Assembly (NCBI GenBank): GCA_964356005.1
Contig: CAYHGN010000001.1
Span: forward strand, 1,091 to 65,090
DNA from: an uncultured Sphingobacterium sp.
GTDB taxonomy: Bacteria; Bacteroidota; Bacteroidia; Sphingobacteriales; Sphingobacteriaceae
Length of the DNA stretch: 64,000 nucleotides
Reading direction: 5' to 3'
The notes beneath the pieces were generated by a model that saw only the letters and a list, made by a program, of their open reading frames with translations, was not told the origin of the DNA and ran no database searches. The number at the start of each line of letters is the position of its first letter. Position 1 is the stretch's first letter. Of this stretch, positions 51,881-61,396 are shown in pieces. The position numbers and the translations under genes were made by a program.

Positions 51881-54094
51881 ATGAAAAAAGTGAATTATGT
51901 CATAGCACTGCTGATGGCATTTGTACTGGGTTTTGGAAATCCGGTGAAAGCCGACGAAGGGATGTGGTTGCCAATGCTTATTGGCAAGAACTACGATCAA
52001 ATGAAAAAGCAGGGCTTCAAATTAACCCCTGAAGATCTTTATAGTGTAAACAAAGCTAGTATTAAAGATGCGATTGTATCATTTGGGGGCTTCTGCACTG
52101 GAGAAATAGTATCTAAAAATGGTTTGATTTTAACGAATCATCATTGCGGATATGATGCTGCTGCATCTAACTCGACCTTAGAGAACAATATTCTGGATAA
52201 TGGTTTTTATGCAAAGACTTATCAGGAAGAGAAACCCATTCAGGGATTGTTTGTACGTTTCCTTGTACGTATGGAAGATGTTACTCCGAAAGTAATGGCT
52301 GCATTAAATGGAGTTGAGGATAAAGATAAAGCTGCAAAAATTGCTGAAATCATTAAAACCATCACTACTGATGCAACTTCGGGTAATACATTTGAAGCTG
52401 ATGTTAGAGATATCTATAAAGCCAATCAATACTTGCTTTTTGTTTATGAACGGTTTAATGATATCCGTTTGGTAGGTACTCCACCACAATCAATTGGTAA
52501 GTTCGGGGGAGATACTGATAATTGGGAATGGCCACGCCACACCGGTGATTTTTCCGTATTCCGCGTCTATGCAGATCAGAATAATAAATCTGCAACTTAT
52601 TCTGCGAATAATAAGCCATATACCCCTAAAAAATCACTTCCCATTTCTATTAAAGGTGTAAAGAATGGTGATTTTTCAATGGTTTATGGTTTTCCTGGCC
52701 GTACAGATCGTTACTTAACCTCCAATGGCGTTCAAATGGCTGTCGAAAAATCAAATCCAACAATTGTTAAACTACGCGACATACGTTTGAAAGCATGGAA
52801 AGAGGAAATGGATAAAAGTGATGCTACGAGGCTTGCCCTTTCATCAAACTATGCCAATATTGCTAATTACTGGAAGTATTTTATTGGTCAGACTGAACAA
52901 CTAAAAAGATTGAAAATATTAGAAGAAAAGCAAAAGCAGGAAAATGATTTCACCCAATGGGCAATGTCATCACCTGATTATGCAAATTTGATGGTGCAAT
53001 ATAAAAATGCATATTCTGCTTTCGAACCTTATGCTGTTCATTTCACCTATCTTAATGAGGGACTACTTGCTTCTCCATGGGTTAGAAATGTCTCCCAGCT
53101 TGGAAATACTTTAAAAACAATGAATGCCCGTAAGGATGATGCTGCATATATTTCACAGCTCAATCAAAGTTTAAATGCTATGGTGAATGCTTATCAGAAG
53201 ACTTATAATGAGACTGCTGATAAGAAGATCTTTGCCCAAATATTGAGCTCTTTTTACAATGATGTTCCCAAATCACAACATCCAAAGTTCATTACATTAA
53301 TTGTAGAGGATTTTTGGAAAGGTTCTGCAGAGGCTACATTTCAAAATTATGCAGATAATTTATGGAAAAACAGCAAGTTGATTGAACCGGAAAACCTAAG
53401 GAAATTTCTGGGTAATCCCTCAATGGAAGAACTTCAAAACGACCCGGCTTATAAATATGCCCTTAATTTAATTCCTATGGATTATATGAAGAACAATTTT
53501 GGTACTGTTTACAGTCAGTTTCAGGCAGAGAAAAATCGTTTGGATAATCTCTACCTTAAGGCTTTACTGGCAAAAAATAAAGGTGCCTTAATCTATCCTG
53601 ATGCTAATTCAACTATGCGTATCAGTTACGGACAAATTCAGAACTACAGTCCGAAGGATGGAATTACTTATAACATCACAACCACAATTGATGGAATGAT
53701 GGCTAAGTACCAGTCTGGTGATGATGAGTTTGATCTTCCTCAATCTTTAATAGATGCTTATGCTAAACGTGATTTCGGTCAATATGCTGAGAATGGAACT
53801 CTGAATGTAGGTTTTATCAGCAATAATGATATTACTGGAGGTAATTCCGGATCACCGGTATTGAATGGGAGCGGAGAACTGATTGGTATTGCCTTTGATG
53901 GTAACTGGGAAGCGATGAGCGGTGATATTGCCTTCGATAAGCAATACAAGCGTACAATTTCTGTAGATATTCGTTTCGTACTATGGTGTATTGACGTTCT
54001 CGGTGGTGCAAAGAATATCATCAATGAAATGGATATCAGAACTAATAAGTTGCCTGTTCCAAAGGATAAATTGATAATGAAGAAAACGGAATAG
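51881..54094 (+). CDS. S46 family dipeptidyl peptidase, DPP7-like
   Basis: ADEGMW, TNHHC, DNWEWPRHTGDF, TGGNSGSPV; FDGN (Gly) rather than the FDRN of DPP11; TATATTTG box at 51844. Confidence 0.93.
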   Translation: MKKVNYVIALLMAFVLGFGNPVKADEGMWLPMLIGKNYDQMKKQGFKLTPEDLYSVNKASIKDAIVSFGGFCTGEIVSKNGLILTNHHCGYDAAASNSTLENNILDNGFYAKTYQEEKPIQGLFVRFLVRMEDVTPKVMAALNGVEDKDKAAKIAEIIKTITTDATSGNTFEADVRDIYKANQYLLFVYERFNDIRLVGTPPQSIGKFGGDTDNWEWPRHTGDFSVFRVYADQNNKSATYSANNKPYTPKKSLPISIKGVKNGDFSMVYGFPGRTDRYLTSNGVQMAVEKSNPTIVKLRDIRLKAWKEEMDKSDATRLALSSNYANIANYWKYFIGQTEQLKRLKILEEKQKQENDFTQWAMSSPDYANLMVQYKNAYSAFEPYAVHFTYLNEGLLASPWVRNVSQLGNTLKTMNARKDDAAYISQLNQSLNAMVNAYQKTYNETADKKIFAQILSSFYNDVPKSQHPKFITLIVEDFWKGSAEATFQNYADNLWKNSKLIEPENLRKFLGNPSMEELQNDPAYKYALNLIPMDYMKNNFGTVYSQFQAEKNRLDNLYLKALLAKNKGALIYPDANSTMRISYGQIQNYSPKDGITYNITTTIDGMMAKYQSGDDEFDLPQSLIDAYAKRDFGQYAENGTLNVGFISNNDITGGNSGSPVLNGSGELIGIAFDGNWEAMSGDIAFDKQYKRTISVDIRFVLWCIDVLGGAKNIINEMDIRTNKLPVPKDKLIMKKTE

Positions 54095-54096
54095 GT

Positions 54097-54155
54097 GTTG
54101 TCAGTTACCAGTTGTCGGTTACCAGCCTGGCAACTGACAACCGGTAACAGGCAAC
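54097..54155. repeat. Inverted pair of 7-nt tandem arrays (GTTRYCR x4 / complement x4)
   Basis: gttgtca gttacca gttgtcg gttacca gcc tggcaac tgacaac cggtaac aggcaac. Confidence 0.92.
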
Positions 54156-54163
54156 TATTTAGA

Positions 54164-54202
54164 AAGAAGGCTGACAGGGTTCCAAACCCTGTCAGCCTTC
54201 TT
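54164..54202. repeat. REP-like palindrome (33-bp core, stem extends to 18 bp)
   Basis: aag-aaggctgacagggtt-cca-aaccctgtcagcctt-ctt. Confidence 0.92.
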
Positions 54203-54260
54203 ATAATCCTATAATCCTATAATCCTATAATCCTATAATCCTATAATCCTATAATCCTAT
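54203..54260. repeat. Perfect 8-nt tandem repeat (ATAATCCT) x7
   Basis: Seven exact copies plus AT, abutting the purM stop codon. Confidence 0.97.
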
Positions 54261-55454
54261 TCAGTTATAGGTAAATTCCCCATAATCCGAGCGAATAGTC
54301 ACCTGCTTCATTTCTGATTCCTCCACACGACCGATAATCTGTGCATCTACATTAAATTCCTTTGAAATCCGGATGATATCATCTGCAATTTCTGAAGGAA
54401 CATAGAATTCCATCCGGTGACCCATATTGAAAACCTTATACATTTCTTTCCATTCTGTTCCTGATTGTTCCTGAATTAAGTTGAATAGTGGTGGCACTGC
54501 AAACAGGTTATCTTTTATGATATGTAAATTATCAATGAAGTGAAGTATTTTGGTTTGAGCGCCTCCGCTGCAGTGTACCATACCATGAATCTGAGACCTG
54601 TATCCATCAAGAATTTTTTTTATGATAGGAGCATAGGTGCGGGTTGGAGAAAGAACCAATTTACCAGCGCTGATGCTTAAACTTTCGTTAAAATCAGTCG
54701 CAGGAATATCAATAGAATCAGTCAATTTTTTATTTCCTGAGAAGAGCAGTTCATAGGGAACTGCAGGATCATAACTTTCAGGATATTTCTCTGCAATGTA
54801 TTTATGGAAAACGTCATGTCTGGCAGAAGTCAAACCATTGGATCCCATTCCGCCATTGTATTCGGTTTCATAACTAGCTTTACCATAAGAGGATAGCCCA
54901 ACAATTACATCACCTTTTCGGATTTTATGATTCGATATAATATCCGACCTTTTCATTCTGCAGGTTACTGTAGAATCAACAATGATCGTTCTGACAATAT
55001 CGCCAACATCGGCGGTTTCACCTCCGGTTGAATAGATTCCAATACCTAAATTGCGTAATTCGCTGAGTATGTCTTCTGTTCCATTAATCAGTTCGGCAAT
55101 GACCTCACCTGAGATAAGATTTTTATTCCGGCCAATAGTTGATGATAATAAAATATTATCTGTTGCACCAACACATAGCAGATCGTCAAGATTCATAATG
55201 ATCGCATCCTGGGCAATCCCTCTCCATACTGATATATCACCCGTCTCTTTCCAGTAAACATAAGCAAGAGATGATTTTGTACCGGCACCATCTGCATGCA
55301 TGATATTGCAATAATCATCATCAGATCCCAGAATATCCGGAATAATCTTGCAAAAGGCCTTTGGAAAAATACCTTTGTCTATATTTTTGATGGCATTATG
55401 CACATCTTCTTTATCGGCAGAAACGCCACGTTGGTTGTATTTTAGATCTGACAT
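54261..55454 (-). CDS. purM: Phosphoribosylformylglycinamidine cyclo-ligase (AIR synthetase, Bacteroidota type)
   Basis: YNQRGVSADKEDVH, HADGAGTK, GGETADVG, SNGLTSARH, VFNMGHR. Confidence 0.93.
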   Translation of the reverse strand: MSDLKYNQRGVSADKEDVHNAIKNIDKGIFPKAFCKIIPDILGSDDDYCNIMHADGAGTKSSLAYVYWKETGDISVWRGIAQDAIIMNLDDLLCVGATDNILLSSTIGRNKNLISGEVIAELINGTEDILSELRNLGIGIYSTGGETADVGDIVRTIIVDSTVTCRMKRSDIISNHKIRKGDVIVGLSSYGKASYETEYNGGMGSNGLTSARHDVFHKYIAEKYPESYDPAVPYELLFSGNKKLTDSIDIPATDFNESLSISAGKLVLSPTRTYAPIIKKILDGYRSQIHGMVHCSGGAQTKILHFIDNLHIIKDNLFAVPPLFNLIQEQSGTEWKEMYKVFNMGHRMEFYVPSEIADDIIRISKEFNVDAQIIGRVEESEMKQVTIRSDYGEFTYN

Positions 55455-55459
55455 TTATG

Positions 55460-55467
55460 CAAAAATA
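55460..55467 (-). promoter_or_regulatory. -7 promoter box for purM
   Basis: TATTTTTG ending 5 nt before the ATG. Confidence 0.55.
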
Positions 55468-55520
55468 GTACTTAGTATTGAGTATTGAGTACTGAGTATT
55501 TAGTATTTAGTACTCAATAC
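55467..55520. repeat. 7-nt tandem repeat (AGTAYTN) x7
   Basis: agtactt agtattg agtattg agtactg agtattt agtattt agtactc aatac. Confidence 0.93.
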
Positions 55521-55604
55521 AAGAAATTTTGTTTGTGATTATGAATAATAAACTTTTAATCCAAATGTATAAGATTGTACCAGATTGGATTAATTTGTTG
55601 TAAA

Positions 55605-55638
55605 CAAAAAGAGTCCCCCATTAGGAAGACTCTTTTTG
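55605..55638 (-). terminator. Intrinsic terminator downstream of the GSIII gene
   Basis: caaaaagagtc ... gactctttttg inverted repeat with flanking A/T tracts. Confidence 0.8.
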
Positions 55639-55654
55639 AACTTAGTTCAGAATT

Positions 55655-55689
55655 TTCAAATCTCGATACTCTGTACTCAAATCTCAATA
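55655..55689. repeat. 7-nt tandem array, inverted relative to 55467-55520
   Basis: ttcaaat ctcgata ctctgta ctcaaat ctcaata, abutting the GSIII stop codon. Confidence 0.8.
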
Positions 55690-57864
55690 CTACTTTATAA
55701 ACAACAACTCCCTAAACTTTGGAAGAGGCCACTTTGTATCATCAACCAGTTGTTCCAATTTATCAACATGATAGCGGATTGGTTCAAAATATGATTTTAC
55801 TTTTTCATCATAAGCGATAGACTTATCTCTGATATCTTCAATGTTATTAGCTTTTTTACGCTCATTAACCATTTCCAGATTAGCTGTTCTGATAAAGTTT
55901 ACATGCATTGAAATTTTCTTGATAATATCAAGCTGAGCACTATAGGTATCTTCTCCAAGTCCGATCTCTTTCAAGCCTTTTACGTTCTCAATCAGTGTAG
56001 TTTGATAACTGATTGCCGTAGGTATAATCACATTATCAATCAAATCACCCATAACGCGGGCTTCAATCTGAAGCTTTTTGAAATAGCTTTCAAGTAAAAT
56101 TTCATGACGTGCATGAGATTCACGCTTGCTGAATACTCCTGTATCCTCAAACAACTTATCAGTTTTAGGGTCTAATAAAACATCCAGTGCTTTTGGGGTA
56201 GTTTTAATATTTGACAAACCTCTTTTTTCAGCCTCCTTTGCCCACTCATCACTATATCCGTTGCCTTCAAATCGGATGTTTTTAGATTCTTTAATGTAGC
56301 GTTTAATAATGGTCATAATCGCAACATCTTTCTTTTCGCCTTTTTTTATTAGTTTATCCACTTCTGCTTTAAACTTATTCAATTGATCAGCAACAATAAC
56401 GTTTAATACTGTCATCGGATTTGCTGAATTCGCTGAAGAACCAACTGCACGAAGCTCGAACTTATTACCGGTAAATGCCATTGGCGAAGTACGGTTACGG
56501 TCAGTATTATCAAGAAGGATAGAAGGGATTTTTGGAATATTAGTCCACAAGGCTGAATCCTGCTTCATTTTTGAAGTTACCCTTGAGGTTTCGATCTCAT
56601 CCAATACATCACTCAACTGACTTCCAAGAAAGGTTGAGATAATAGCCGGAGGAGCTTCATTCGCTCCCAAGCGGTGGTCATTATTCACTGAAGCAATCGA
56701 TGCTCTTAATAAATCTGAATACTCAAACACAGCCCTTATAGTGTTTACAAAGAATGTAAGGAACATCAAATTATTTTTCGGGGTTTTACCAGGAGAAAGC
56801 AGATTCTTGCCAGTATTTGTAATAAGCGACCAGTTATTGTGTTTACCTGAACCATTGATGCCTGCATATGGCTTTTCATGTAATAAAACCTTGAAATTAT
56901 GTCTCCTGGCTACTTTATCCATCAAATCCATCAATAATGAATTGTGGTCAATAGCAAGGTTCATTTCTTCATACAATGGAGCACATTCAAACTGAGATGG
57001 CGCTACCTCATTGTGACGTGTCTTTAATGGAATACCTAGTTTAATCGCTTCAATTTCCAGATCTTCCATAAATGCAAGAACGCGTTCCGGAATTGATCCG
57101 AAATAATGGTCATCTAACTGCTGGTTTTTGGCTGACATGTGACCGAATAAAGTCCGGCCTGTCAGATACATATCCGGTCTGGCATTAAACAAAGCTATGT
57201 CAACAAGAAAATATTCCTGCTCAATTCCAAGTGAACTGTTAACCTTTTCAATTCCTTTATCAAAATATTGAGCAACGGCAACTGCAGCTTTATCCATCAG
57301 GCCAATTGCCTTTAATAGGGGAGCTTTGTAATCCAGAGCTTCACCGGTGTAGGAAATGAATACAGTAGGTATACATAAGGTAGACCCGATAATAAATGCA
57401 GGTGAAGATGGATCCCATGCTGTATATCCACGTGCTTCAAAAGTACTTCTTATACCACCATTGGGGAAGCTGGATGCATCCGGCTCTTGTTGCGATAAAG
57501 CTTCACCTGAAAATTTTTCCATTCCATGACCGTCAGATCCGGGTTCAAAAAAAGAATCATGTTTTTCAGCTGTGCTTCCTGTCAGAGGCTGGAACCAGTG
57601 CGTATAATGTGTTGCTCCTTTTGACATTGCCCATGATTTCATTGCTGAAGCCACTTGTTCTGAAATACTTCTGTCAATTGGAGTGCCCGAGTTAACAGAC
57701 TCGATAATACCGTTGTAAGCTTCCTTGGATAAAGTATCCTTCATTTTTTTCTGATCGAAGACGTTTACACAATATAAATCAGAAAGTTTTGATGATGGAG
57801 TTTTTGCTTCAGGAATTGCCCTGGTAAGTACCGCGTTTAATGCTTGGAATCTTAAAGATGACAT
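55690..57864 (-). CDS. glnA: Glutamine synthetase type III
   Basis: HYTHWFQPLTG, EPDASSFP, TFEARGYTAWD, HNEVAP, NGSGKHNNWS, DRNRTSP. Confidence 0.96.
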   Translation of the reverse strand: MSSLRFQALNAVLTRAIPEAKTPSSKLSDLYCVNVFDQKKMKDTLSKEAYNGIIESVNSGTPIDRSISEQVASAMKSWAMSKGATHYTHWFQPLTGSTAEKHDSFFEPGSDGHGMEKFSGEALSQQEPDASSFPNGGIRSTFEARGYTAWDPSSPAFIIGSTLCIPTVFISYTGEALDYKAPLLKAIGLMDKAAVAVAQYFDKGIEKVNSSLGIEQEYFLVDIALFNARPDMYLTGRTLFGHMSAKNQQLDDHYFGSIPERVLAFMEDLEIEAIKLGIPLKTRHNEVAPSQFECAPLYEEMNLAIDHNSLLMDLMDKVARRHNFKVLLHEKPYAGINGSGKHNNWSLITNTGKNLLSPGKTPKNNLMFLTFFVNTIRAVFEYSDLLRASIASVNNDHRLGANEAPPAIISTFLGSQLSDVLDEIETSRVTSKMKQDSALWTNIPKIPSILLDNTDRNRTSPMAFTGNKFELRAVGSSANSANPMTVLNVIVADQLNKFKAEVDKLIKKGEKKDVAIMTIIKRYIKESKNIRFEGNGYSDEWAKEAEKRGLSNIKTTPKALDVLLDPKTDKLFEDTGVFSKRESHARHEILLESYFKKLQIEARVMGDLIDNVIIPTAISYQTTLIENVKGLKEIGLGEDTYSAQLDIIKKISMHVNFIRTANLEMVNERKKANNIEDIRDKSIAYDEKVKSYFEPIRYHVDKLEQLVDDTKWPLPKFRELLFIK

Positions 57865-58207
57865 CGTTTTGCTTGGTTTTGATTAAAATTTTGATAAAAA
57901 TAAATGTTTTGATGCATAATATTCTAAAAAATGTCAAAAAAATTATAAAAAAATAAAAAATATGAGACAAAAATCAAAAATTTATGAAAATATTCTCTTT
58001 TTAGACTGCAACTCCTTAAAAAACATTCATTCTATTAAAATATACAATTCACTTTGTATTCAATTTAACTATTTAAAAGGTAATATTAAAATTGCGCTGC
58101 TGTATATAGATTATTTTGTCGTAAACCTTATTTTAAAATCATTCAATTGAATTAAAGCTTTTTTCCTATATTAAGATTGCTTTTATCTTTTTTCGTTTAG
58201 AATAACC

Positions 58208-58597
58208 ATGCTTAAATTAAATTCCATACATCATCTGGCAATTATTTGTTCAGATTATCAGGTTTCGAAACATTTTTATACCGAAATATTAGGTATGAAA
58301 ATTATGTATGAAGTTTACCGGGCTGATCGGAATTCCTATAAACTAGATCTTTTAGTTAATGGAAAGTACCAGATTGAATTGTTCTCTTTTCCTGATCCTC
58401 CGGTTCGGGTTTCAGACCCTGAGGCCAGGGGTTTGAGGCATATTGCTTTTGAAGTAGAAAACTTGACTGGATCTGTAAATGAATTAAATAAACAGGGAGT
58501 GATAACCGGGGCAATAAGGGTTGATGCGGTCACAGGAAAGAAATTTGTTTTTTTTTTCGATCCCGATGGATTACCTATTGAATTGTACGAGAACTGA
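58208..58597 (+). CDS. VOC family / glyoxalase-like protein (YaeR-like)
   Basis: IHHLAIICSDY..SKHFY, IELFSFP, GLRHIAF, DPDGLPIELYE. Confidence 0.9.
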   Translation: MLKLNSIHHLAIICSDYQVSKHFYTEILGMKIMYEVYRADRNSYKLDLLVNGKYQIELFSFPDPPVRVSDPEARGLRHIAFEVENLTGSVNELNKQGVITGAIRVDAVTGKKFVFFFDPDGLPIELYEN

Positions 58598-59310
58598 TGT
58601 CATCAATATTTCATTTTAAGCAGTTTATGATTGATCAGGCAAATTGTGCAATGAAAGTGAATACCGATGGGGTATTGCTTGCTTCATTAGCCGATTTCAT
58701 GAACCCTGCTAAAATACTCGATGTGGGAACAGGTACCGGATTGATTGCTTTAATGCTTGCGCAGAAATATAAATCTGCAATAATTCATGCCGTAGAAATT
58801 GATCAGAATGCCGCTAATACTGCCAGGGATAATTTTTCAAACTCTTCATTTTCGAATAGGGTAAAATTATTCCATAGTTCAATTAAAGATCATTTTGCAA
58901 ATACGAATGAACATTATGATTTAATTATTTCTAATCCGCCTTTTTTTATTGATTCATTGAGTTCACAAAACCCAAGGAAAGGGCTTGCCAGGCATACAGA
59001 TCTCTCTTTTTTTGATTTATTGCTTACAGAATCAGTGAAACATTTAAATCAATCAGGTCACCTTTGTATTATTCTACCCCTAAAAACTGCTGCCTTAATA
59101 AAAAATATGCTTCCCGGCTCAGGAATTCTAAAAATCCAAAAGGAAATTTTGATTTATTCATTCCCTGGGTCAAAACCACATCGTACAATTATAGTCATGG
59201 GTTTTGATACACTTGTTCCGTTAGAGCAGCAGCTGGTCATTTATGAAAGTAGGGGCGTTTATTCAGCAGCTTACAGTAATCTGTTAAAGGAGTATCTCAC
59301 CATTTTTTAA
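58597..59310 (+). CDS. tRNA1(Val) A37 N6-methyltransferase (TrmN6/YfiC-like)
   Basis: FHFKQF, MKVNTDGVLL, LDVGTGTG, ISNPPFF, ARH. Confidence 0.9.
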   Translation: MSSIFHFKQFMIDQANCAMKVNTDGVLLASLADFMNPAKILDVGTGTGLIALMLAQKYKSAIIHAVEIDQNAANTARDNFSNSSFSNRVKLFHSSIKDHFANTNEHYDLIISNPPFFIDSLSSQNPRKGLARHTDLSFFDLLLTESVKHLNQSGHLCIILPLKTAALIKNMLPGSGILKIQKEILIYSFPGSKPHRTIIVMGFDTLVPLEQQLVIYESRGVYSAAYSNLLKEYLTIF

Positions 59311-59323
59311 TGCATATTCATTA

Positions 59324-59818
59324 ATGAAAACAATCGGACTAATTTCAGATACTCATGGGTTCCTTGATAATGCTGTATTCAAGCATTTTGAAAATTGCGA
59401 TGAGATCTGGCATGCCGGCGATTTTGGCACCATTGAAATTGCAGATCAATTGAATGCATTTAAACCACTCAAAGGAGTTTATGGGAATATTGATGGGCAG
59501 GATATTAGAACACAATATCCTGAACATTTGCGATTCAATTGTGAAGAATTAAAGGTTTGGATTACCCATATTGGGGGATATCCGGGAAGGTATTCTCACG
59601 GTATCAGAGAAGAAATAATCCGTAATCCTCCTGGACTTTTTATCACTGGTCATTCTCATATTCTTAAGGTTATTTATGATAAAAAAATAAGTTGTTTACA
59701 CTTAAATCCTGGAGCTGCCGGAAAACAAGGATGGCATAAAGTTCGCACATTGCTTCGATTTTGCATTTCAGGAGAAAAAATTCATAACTTAGACGTTATA
59801 GAATTAGCAAATAGATAA
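59324..59818 (+). CDS. Metallophosphoesterase (YfcE family)
   Basis: SDTH, HAGD, GNID, GHSH, NPG. Confidence 0.9.
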   Translation: MKTIGLISDTHGFLDNAVFKHFENCDEIWHAGDFGTIEIADQLNAFKPLKGVYGNIDGQDIRTQYPEHLRFNCEELKVWITHIGGYPGRYSHGIREEIIRNPPGLFITGHSHILKVIYDKKISCLHLNPGAAGKQGWHKVRTLLRFCISGEKIHNLDVIELANR

Positions 59819-59839
59819 CGTAAAAAGTACACTAAGTAT

Positions 59840-60910
59840 ATGAAAGGCATTTTAACATTAGGACAATTCATAATTGAAAAGCAAAGCGATTTTCCATATG
59901 CCAAAGGCGAGCTGTCACGACTTCTGAGAGATATAGGCATTGCTGCAAAAATTGTTAACCGTGAAGTAAATAAGGCGGGTCTGATGGATATTCTTGGAGA
60001 TGTTGGTACGATTAACATTCAGGGTGAATCACAAAAAAAATTAGATGTTTTTGCAAATGAACAATTTATTGCTGCATTGAGGAGTGGTGGAGAATGTTGT
60101 ATCGTTGCTTCTGAAGAAAATGATGATTTTGTCTACATAGATGGCGAAGTTTCAAAAAATGCGAAGTACATAGTAGCTATGGATCCATTGGACGGATCTT
60201 CTAATATTGATGTAAATGTAGCAGTTGGTACCATTTTTTCAATTTACAGAAGGGTATCAACTGCTGGTAAAGCCACGCTTAAAGATGTGCTTCAAAAAGG
60301 GACTAAGCAAGTGGCTGCTGGGTATATAATTTACGGATCCTCAACCATGCTGGTTTATACAACAGGCAAAGGAGTAAATGGATTTACTCTAGACCCTTCG
60401 ATTGGAGAATTTTGCCTTTCACATCCCAAAATGAAAGTTCCTGAGGATGGTGTCATTTATTCAATTAATGAAGGGAATTACGTTCATTTTCCGGAAGGAG
60501 TGAAGAAATATTTGAAATATTGTCAGGTTGAGCACGAACAAACATCGCGTCCTTATACCTCCAGATATATCGGTTCTATGGTAGCGGATGTGCATCGTAA
60601 CATGATAAAGGGTGGAATTTTTATTTATCCCACCACTTCAGGAGCACCCAATGGTAAGCTTCGATTGGTTTATGAATGTAATCCTATGGCTTATATAATT
60701 GAACAGGCCGGAGGTCGGGCAACAGACGGTTTTAATAGAATACTCGATAAAGATGTCACCTCCCTGCATCAGAGATCTGCGATTTTTATAGGTTCAAAAA
60801 ATATGGTTCTGAAGATTGAGGAATTGATGCATACTTTTTCATCAAAAACGCCTGATGAAAAAGCAGAGGCAAAGATGGAGAAATTGGGAATAGTAGGAGG
60901 GATAGATTAA
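59840..60910 (+). CDS. fbp: Fructose-1,6-bisphosphatase class 1
   Basis: [43 protein letters not shown]. Confidence 0.96.
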   Translation: MKGILTLGQFIIEKQSDFPYAKGELSRLLRDIGIAAKIVNREVNKAGLMDILGDVGTINIQGESQKKLDVFANEQFIAALRSGGECCIVASEENDDFVYIDGEVSKNAKYIVAMDPLDGSSNIDVNVAVGTIFSIYRRVSTAGKATLKDVLQKGTKQVAAGYIIYGSSTMLVYTTGKGVNGFTLDPSIGEFCLSHPKMKVPEDGVIYSINEGNYVHFPEGVKKYLKYCQVEHEQTSRPYTSRYIGSMVADVHRNMIKGGIFIYPTTSGAPNGKLRLVYECNPMAYIIEQAGGRATDGFNRILDKDVTSLHQRSAIFIGSKNMVLKIEELMHTFSSKTPDEKAEAKMEKLGIVGGID

Positions 60911-61374
60911 AGATTCAATTTTAGTTCCTCTTTCTCAAAATAAGTATCAATATGAAGGTTTTTTTGTTTAGAAGCCTCAACAGCCAGTACATCACATCGT
61001 TCATTCTCAGGGTGCCCGCTATGCCCTTTTACCCAGGTAAAACGAATTTGATGCAATTTATAGACTGATAGAAATCGAAGCCAGAGATCTTTGTTTTTCT
61101 TATCCTTAAAATTAGTTCTGACCCAGTTAAATACCCATTTTTTCTCTACAGAGTCAATAATATATTTAGAATCTGAATAAATCATGATCTCCTGGCCGGG
61201 ATTTTTAATACTTTCCAGACCGGTGATTACTGCGAGCAATTCCATACGATTATTGGTTGTCTTTCGAAAACCCTCCGAAATTTCTTTATAATACTTGCCC
61301 GAATGAAGAATTACTCCAAATCCTCCAGGACCAGGATTACCACTTGATGCACCGTCAGTATAGATATTGATCAT
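60907..61374 (-). CDS. rnhA: Ribonuclease HI
   Basis: [42 protein letters not shown]. Confidence 0.96.
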   Translation of the reverse strand: MINIYTDGASSGNPGPGGFGVILHSGKYYKEISEGFRKTTNNRMELLAVITGLESIKNPGQEIMIYSDSKYIIDSVEKKWVFNWVRTNFKDKKNKDLWLRFLSVYKLHQIRFTWVKGHSGHPENERCDVLAVEASKQKNLHIDTYFEKEELKLNL

Positions 61375-61396
61375 TAAAAATGCTTTTAAAGCGCAA

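Noticed and set aside
54203-54260. Tandem repeats as a CRISPR array
   Set aside because: Units are 7-8 nt with no unique spacers, and no cas genes are present.
57962-58150. 62-aa ORF in the GSIII-VOC gap
   Set aside because: Extremely AT-rich promoter DNA with no motif or coding-like composition.
5729-60910. 4-8 nt overlaps of convergent genes (ldt/prfC, rlmB/manC, fbp/rnhA)
   Set aside because: Common in compact AT-rich genomes.
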